35,075 bases of DNA from Catajapyx aquilonaris (taxonomy: Eukaryota). The notes beneath the pieces were generated by a model. The model was not told where the DNA came from and made no database searches. It worked only from the letters and a program-made list of their open reading frames with translations. The stretch is taken from the NCBI GenBank assembly GCA_000934665.2, contig KZ538010.1:124001-159075 (forward strand). Reading direction: 5' to 3'. Shown here in pieces: positions 32,498 through 35,075 of this stretch; the first letter of the stretch is position 1, and every line of letters begins with the position of its first letter. The position numbers and the translations under genes were made by a program.

Positions 32498-32659
32498 TTA
32501 GAATTTCATCTTGTGTGGGAATTGGCGACTTCGCAGGTAGAAGTTGGAGCTGAGGTACCGCTTGAGAAGACCCTTCTCTGTGGTCTTTCCAATTGCCTCG
32601 AGCACCTTCTTATCGACCTCCCCCTGATCCTTCTTGCGCTTATCGGATGGTTTGTACCC
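32498..32659 (-). CDS. RpL6: RpL6 coding exon 3
   Basis: ttccc[22 protein letters not shown]...FPHKMKF*. Confidence 0.93.
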   Translation of the reverse strand, partial: GYKPSDKRKKDQGEVDKKVLEAIGKTTEKGLLKRYLSSNFYLRSRQFPHKMKF

Positions 32660-33810
32660 CTGGGAAAAAGAGTTGCAATTAAAGTCCTTCATTTTCAGTC
32701 AAGATAACGATTAACCTATGGTCTCACGAAAAAGACCAACTCTGAGTGTAGCATAAACTGTAGATTTCAGGTCCTTACTTATGGAACACAATAGGTGCAA
32801 TGCTATACAATCACTTGAGAGAGCCAACAACCAGTCGCAACACATGATCATACCTCTGACTTATCCTGGAAGATGTCTCCGTCCTCCTTCTTCGTCCTCT
32901 TCTGCTTCTTCCTCTTGAAGTATTTGTCGTTGAGGTGCTTGGGAAGTTTGTATCCCTCAAGACTGATCTTCGTGCTGGTGGCCACCACGTAGATCTTGTT
33001 GACGCGTCTCAGGGGGCAGCCATTGAGGCGGTATGGCCCTGTGACAAGGAGAAGCCCACTCTTCAGATGCTTCAGCAGGACAACCCTCTTCCCCTTGTGT
33101 GGACCAGCAACCAGAATGCAGATGGTTCCTGGGGTGAGGCTCTTGCGAGAGTATCGCTTGTGCTCGTCGTAGGGCTTGCCATACCCACGCTTTGGCTTGT
33201 AGTCTCCAAGGCGGTAGGTGCTGGGGCGACGCTTGGTCCTCACCACACGAGTCCCACCATTCTTCTCACCTCCAATGGGCTTCACAGTGAACAAGGGCTG
33301 AAAGGATGGATAGTCGTGTTTGTCACAAATGACAGCAACGCATGAAGTATCTGACGAGAGAGATTGGCCTACCTTCTTGGCACTCTTATTCTTGCGGTAG
33401 CGGACCTTTCCACTAGCGAGTGATCGCTTGGGCGCCTTCTTCTTGAGGGCTCCCTTGAGCTTCTGTGCGCCAGGCTTGCTGGTCTTGGCCTTCTTGGCAG
33501 GGGGCTTCCCCTTCCCCTTCTTGGAGGGATCGGACTTGCCTCCCGAGGAAGGTGCCTTGCGCTTGACTGCAGCAGCCTTGGGCTTGGCTGGAGCCTTTGC
33601 CTTGGGCTTGGGGGTCTCCTTCACGCTCTTGGGCTTGGCAGGGGCAGCAGCCTTTGCCTTGGGCGACTCCTGTGGCTTGGCCGCAGCAGCCTTGGGCTTG
33701 GCTGGAGAGGCCACCTTCTTCTCCGGTGTCTTCTTCTCTGGAGTCTTCTTCTCTGGAGTCTTCTTCTCTGGAGTCTTCTTCTCCGGCGTCTTCTTCGCCT
33801 GGTCAGCCAT
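32498..33810 (-). CDS. RpL6: 60S ribosomal protein L6 (eL6), divergent, with a long Lys/Pro/Ala-rich N-terminal extension; 3 coding exons, 347 aa
   Basis: complement(join(33373..33810,32854..33297,32498..32659)) = 1044 nt. eL6 motifs: [71 protein letters not shown]. The acceptor cccttcccgcacAG lies 2 nt before the ATG. Confidence 0.93.
32854..33297 (-). CDS. RpL6: RpL6 coding exon 2 (KOW-like core)
   Basis: cctttc[17 protein letters not shown]...[14 protein letters not shown]. Confidence 0.93.
33373..33810 (-). CDS. RpL6: RpL6 coding exon 1 (H1-like arm)
   Basis: [12 protein letters not shown]...KNKSAKK|GTAGGC, phase 0. Confidence 0.85.
33721..33795 (-). repeat. Coding 15-bp tandem repeat x5, encoding (KKTPE)5 in RpL6
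   Basis: Units ctc(c/t)gg(t/a/c)gtcttctt, with variation only at synonymous positions. Confidence 0.95.
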
Positions 33811-34080
33811 CTCTGTGCGGGAAGGGGTTAACACACACCAATATTAACATGCATGAAACACATTACAGCAGGAGGGAGGGGGAGACAGGGGGTAGGCACG
33901 CCATGTTTAGGTACCGGGGGACGGCAATGCTCCCCTGGTGCACCCGGACAATCGAGTGGTTACCGGGCCACAGGCAAGCAGGGGTCGCCCTCGTAAAACC
34001 CTTGGCAAGTCACAGGGGCAGATGGCCCCTAATCACCCGGAATATTCCCGGATTTGGTGAACTTGTACACCTCTACTCAC

Positions 34081-34126
34081 CGGACGGGGCTACGTGTGGT
34101 GATCCAGGCAGTGACGTCACGGAAGT
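34081..34126 (-). promoter_or_regulatory. Putative RpL6 5' non-coding exon end and promoter motifs (CRE palindrome plus ETS-like ACTTCCG)
   Basis: Minus-strand donor CCG|GTGAGT at 34080 pairs with the acceptor at 33813. GTGACGTCAC at 34111-34120 abuts GGAAGT at 34121-34126. Confidence 0.5.
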
Positions 34127-34864
34127 TGCATTCCCACCGCCACCGTCATGTTTTGCAGTTTGCCAAGTGGTACCATTAAAGTTTTAAGCACCTATTAATG
34201 CAGCACGTACTTTATTTTGATTTACAGTGTGTAGTACAGTTAATTACACGGAGTTTCAGTCGGAATGACGAAAGTGCTGCATTGAAGCAGATCGGTCGGC
34301 GGCGGCGGGAGTGCACCTGTGATGGCCTCCGACCGAGGTGCACCACCCACGACTGGATACACTCGTTTTCTGCAGGAAGACCCGGAAAACGTGTCGGGAT
34401 GTGAGTATGGGACGGTTCGTATGACGCGCCGTGTCTTAGAGGTCGGAAGGACAGCGGTCAGAGGTCACAGTAGGTTTGGGGGGAGAAGGGAGGATGGGAC
34501 ACCAGATGCGGGTGATAAAAACGTCACTCATGTTTATGCATAGCGTTGCATGTTTTTTTTGTGCACTTGCTCGTATCTGTCTGATGCAAAGAGACTGAAA
34601 GTATCGGTCTGGGAAGCTGGATGACCTACTTTGCGTCCTTTGGGAAAAGGCATGTGATGTGACCGGCGGCCATCGCAACAGAGAGTGTTAACGCATCTCT
34701 AACAAGTTTTATTTTATTTTATTCAGCTTATAGTTGCATTCAAGTAGAGGAACATAGTTACATTTTTATTCGTTTATATTACGCAAGGTGAAATGAGACG
34801 TGTATTACGTTCAAGCATGCAGAGACTGTTTCATTGAATATAATATTATACAACTTGGCATGAA

Positions 34865-34973
34865 GCCATAATTGCAAAAAGTGTGATATTTTCTGTATTG
34901 TAAACAAATTTAAGTACAAGTTACTTAAATTTGTTTACAATACAGAAAATATCACACTTTTTGCAATTATGGC
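34865..34973. repeat. Perfect 52-bp inverted repeat with a 5-nt loop
   Basis: 34865-34916 is the exact reverse complement of 34922-34973; the loop is CAAGT. Confidence 0.97.
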
Positions 34974-34978
34974 AATTA

Positions 34979-35075
34979 TGTGTAAGGGAAGCTATGGTTG
35001 AAGGTGTAGGAGTGCAGTTTGGTGAGGAGAGAGTTAGTCACTTGCTGTATGCAGATGATTCTGCCCTTCTGGCGG
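34979..35075 (+). mobile_element. 5'-truncated non-LTR retrotransposon (LINE, probably RTE-like) reverse transcriptase fragment running off the window
   Basis: Manual translation CVREAMVEGVGVQFGEERVSHLLYADDSALLA contains the LINE RT catalytic motif LLYADD. Confidence 0.8.

Noticed and set aside
32660..32853. Possible intronic snoRNA in RpL6 (CTGA boxes, small hairpins)
   Set aside because: No proper C box (RTGATGA) or correctly placed terminal stem, and no rRNA antisense element that I could recognise. An Infernal/Rfam or snoscan search would be needed.
33721..33795. Regular short repeats as a CRISPR-like array
   Set aside because: Head-to-tail 15-bp units with no spacers, coding in RpL6, in a eukaryotic context
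33813..34080. Several short GC hairpins in the first RpL6 intron as an H/ACA RNA or autoregulatory element
   Set aside because: Stems are short and expected at this GC content; no convincing H and ACA box layout
32935..34187. Plus-strand ORFs of 136-196 aa
   Set aside because: Antisense shadows of the low-complexity RpL6 exons
34198..34678. Short ORFs upstream of RpL6 as a divergent gene or tRNA/SINE
   Set aside because: No recognisable protein, cloverleaf or A/B box pair

Overview
This is eukaryotic, intron-containing DNA from a compact arthropod-type genome (inferred from the ionotropic receptor and the many 55-100 bp introns). There is no sign of a prokaryotic system or CRISPR array. Three genes can be reconstructed with phase-consistent splice sites. 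(1) A class XVIII myosin (MYO18A/Mhcl-like) on +, 20 coding exons over 1242..28669, 2044 aa (KE-rich region, PDZ, degenerate motor, IQ, coiled coil). It has one GC-AG intron and at least two alternative first exons inside its introns, predicting a PDZ-less isoform and a motor-less isoform. (2) An 8-exon variant ionotropic receptor (IR) on -, 32217..29658, 630 aa. (3) A divergent RpL6/eL6 on -, 33810..32498, 347 aa, whose usual N-terminal domain appears replaced by a histone-H1-like Lys/Pro/Ala arm with (KKTPE)x5 repeats. Mobile DNA includes a foldback element, a pogo/Tc1-type MITE, a 67-bp hAT MITE with TSD, and a 5'-truncated LINE RT fragment directly preceded by a perfect 52-bp hairpin.
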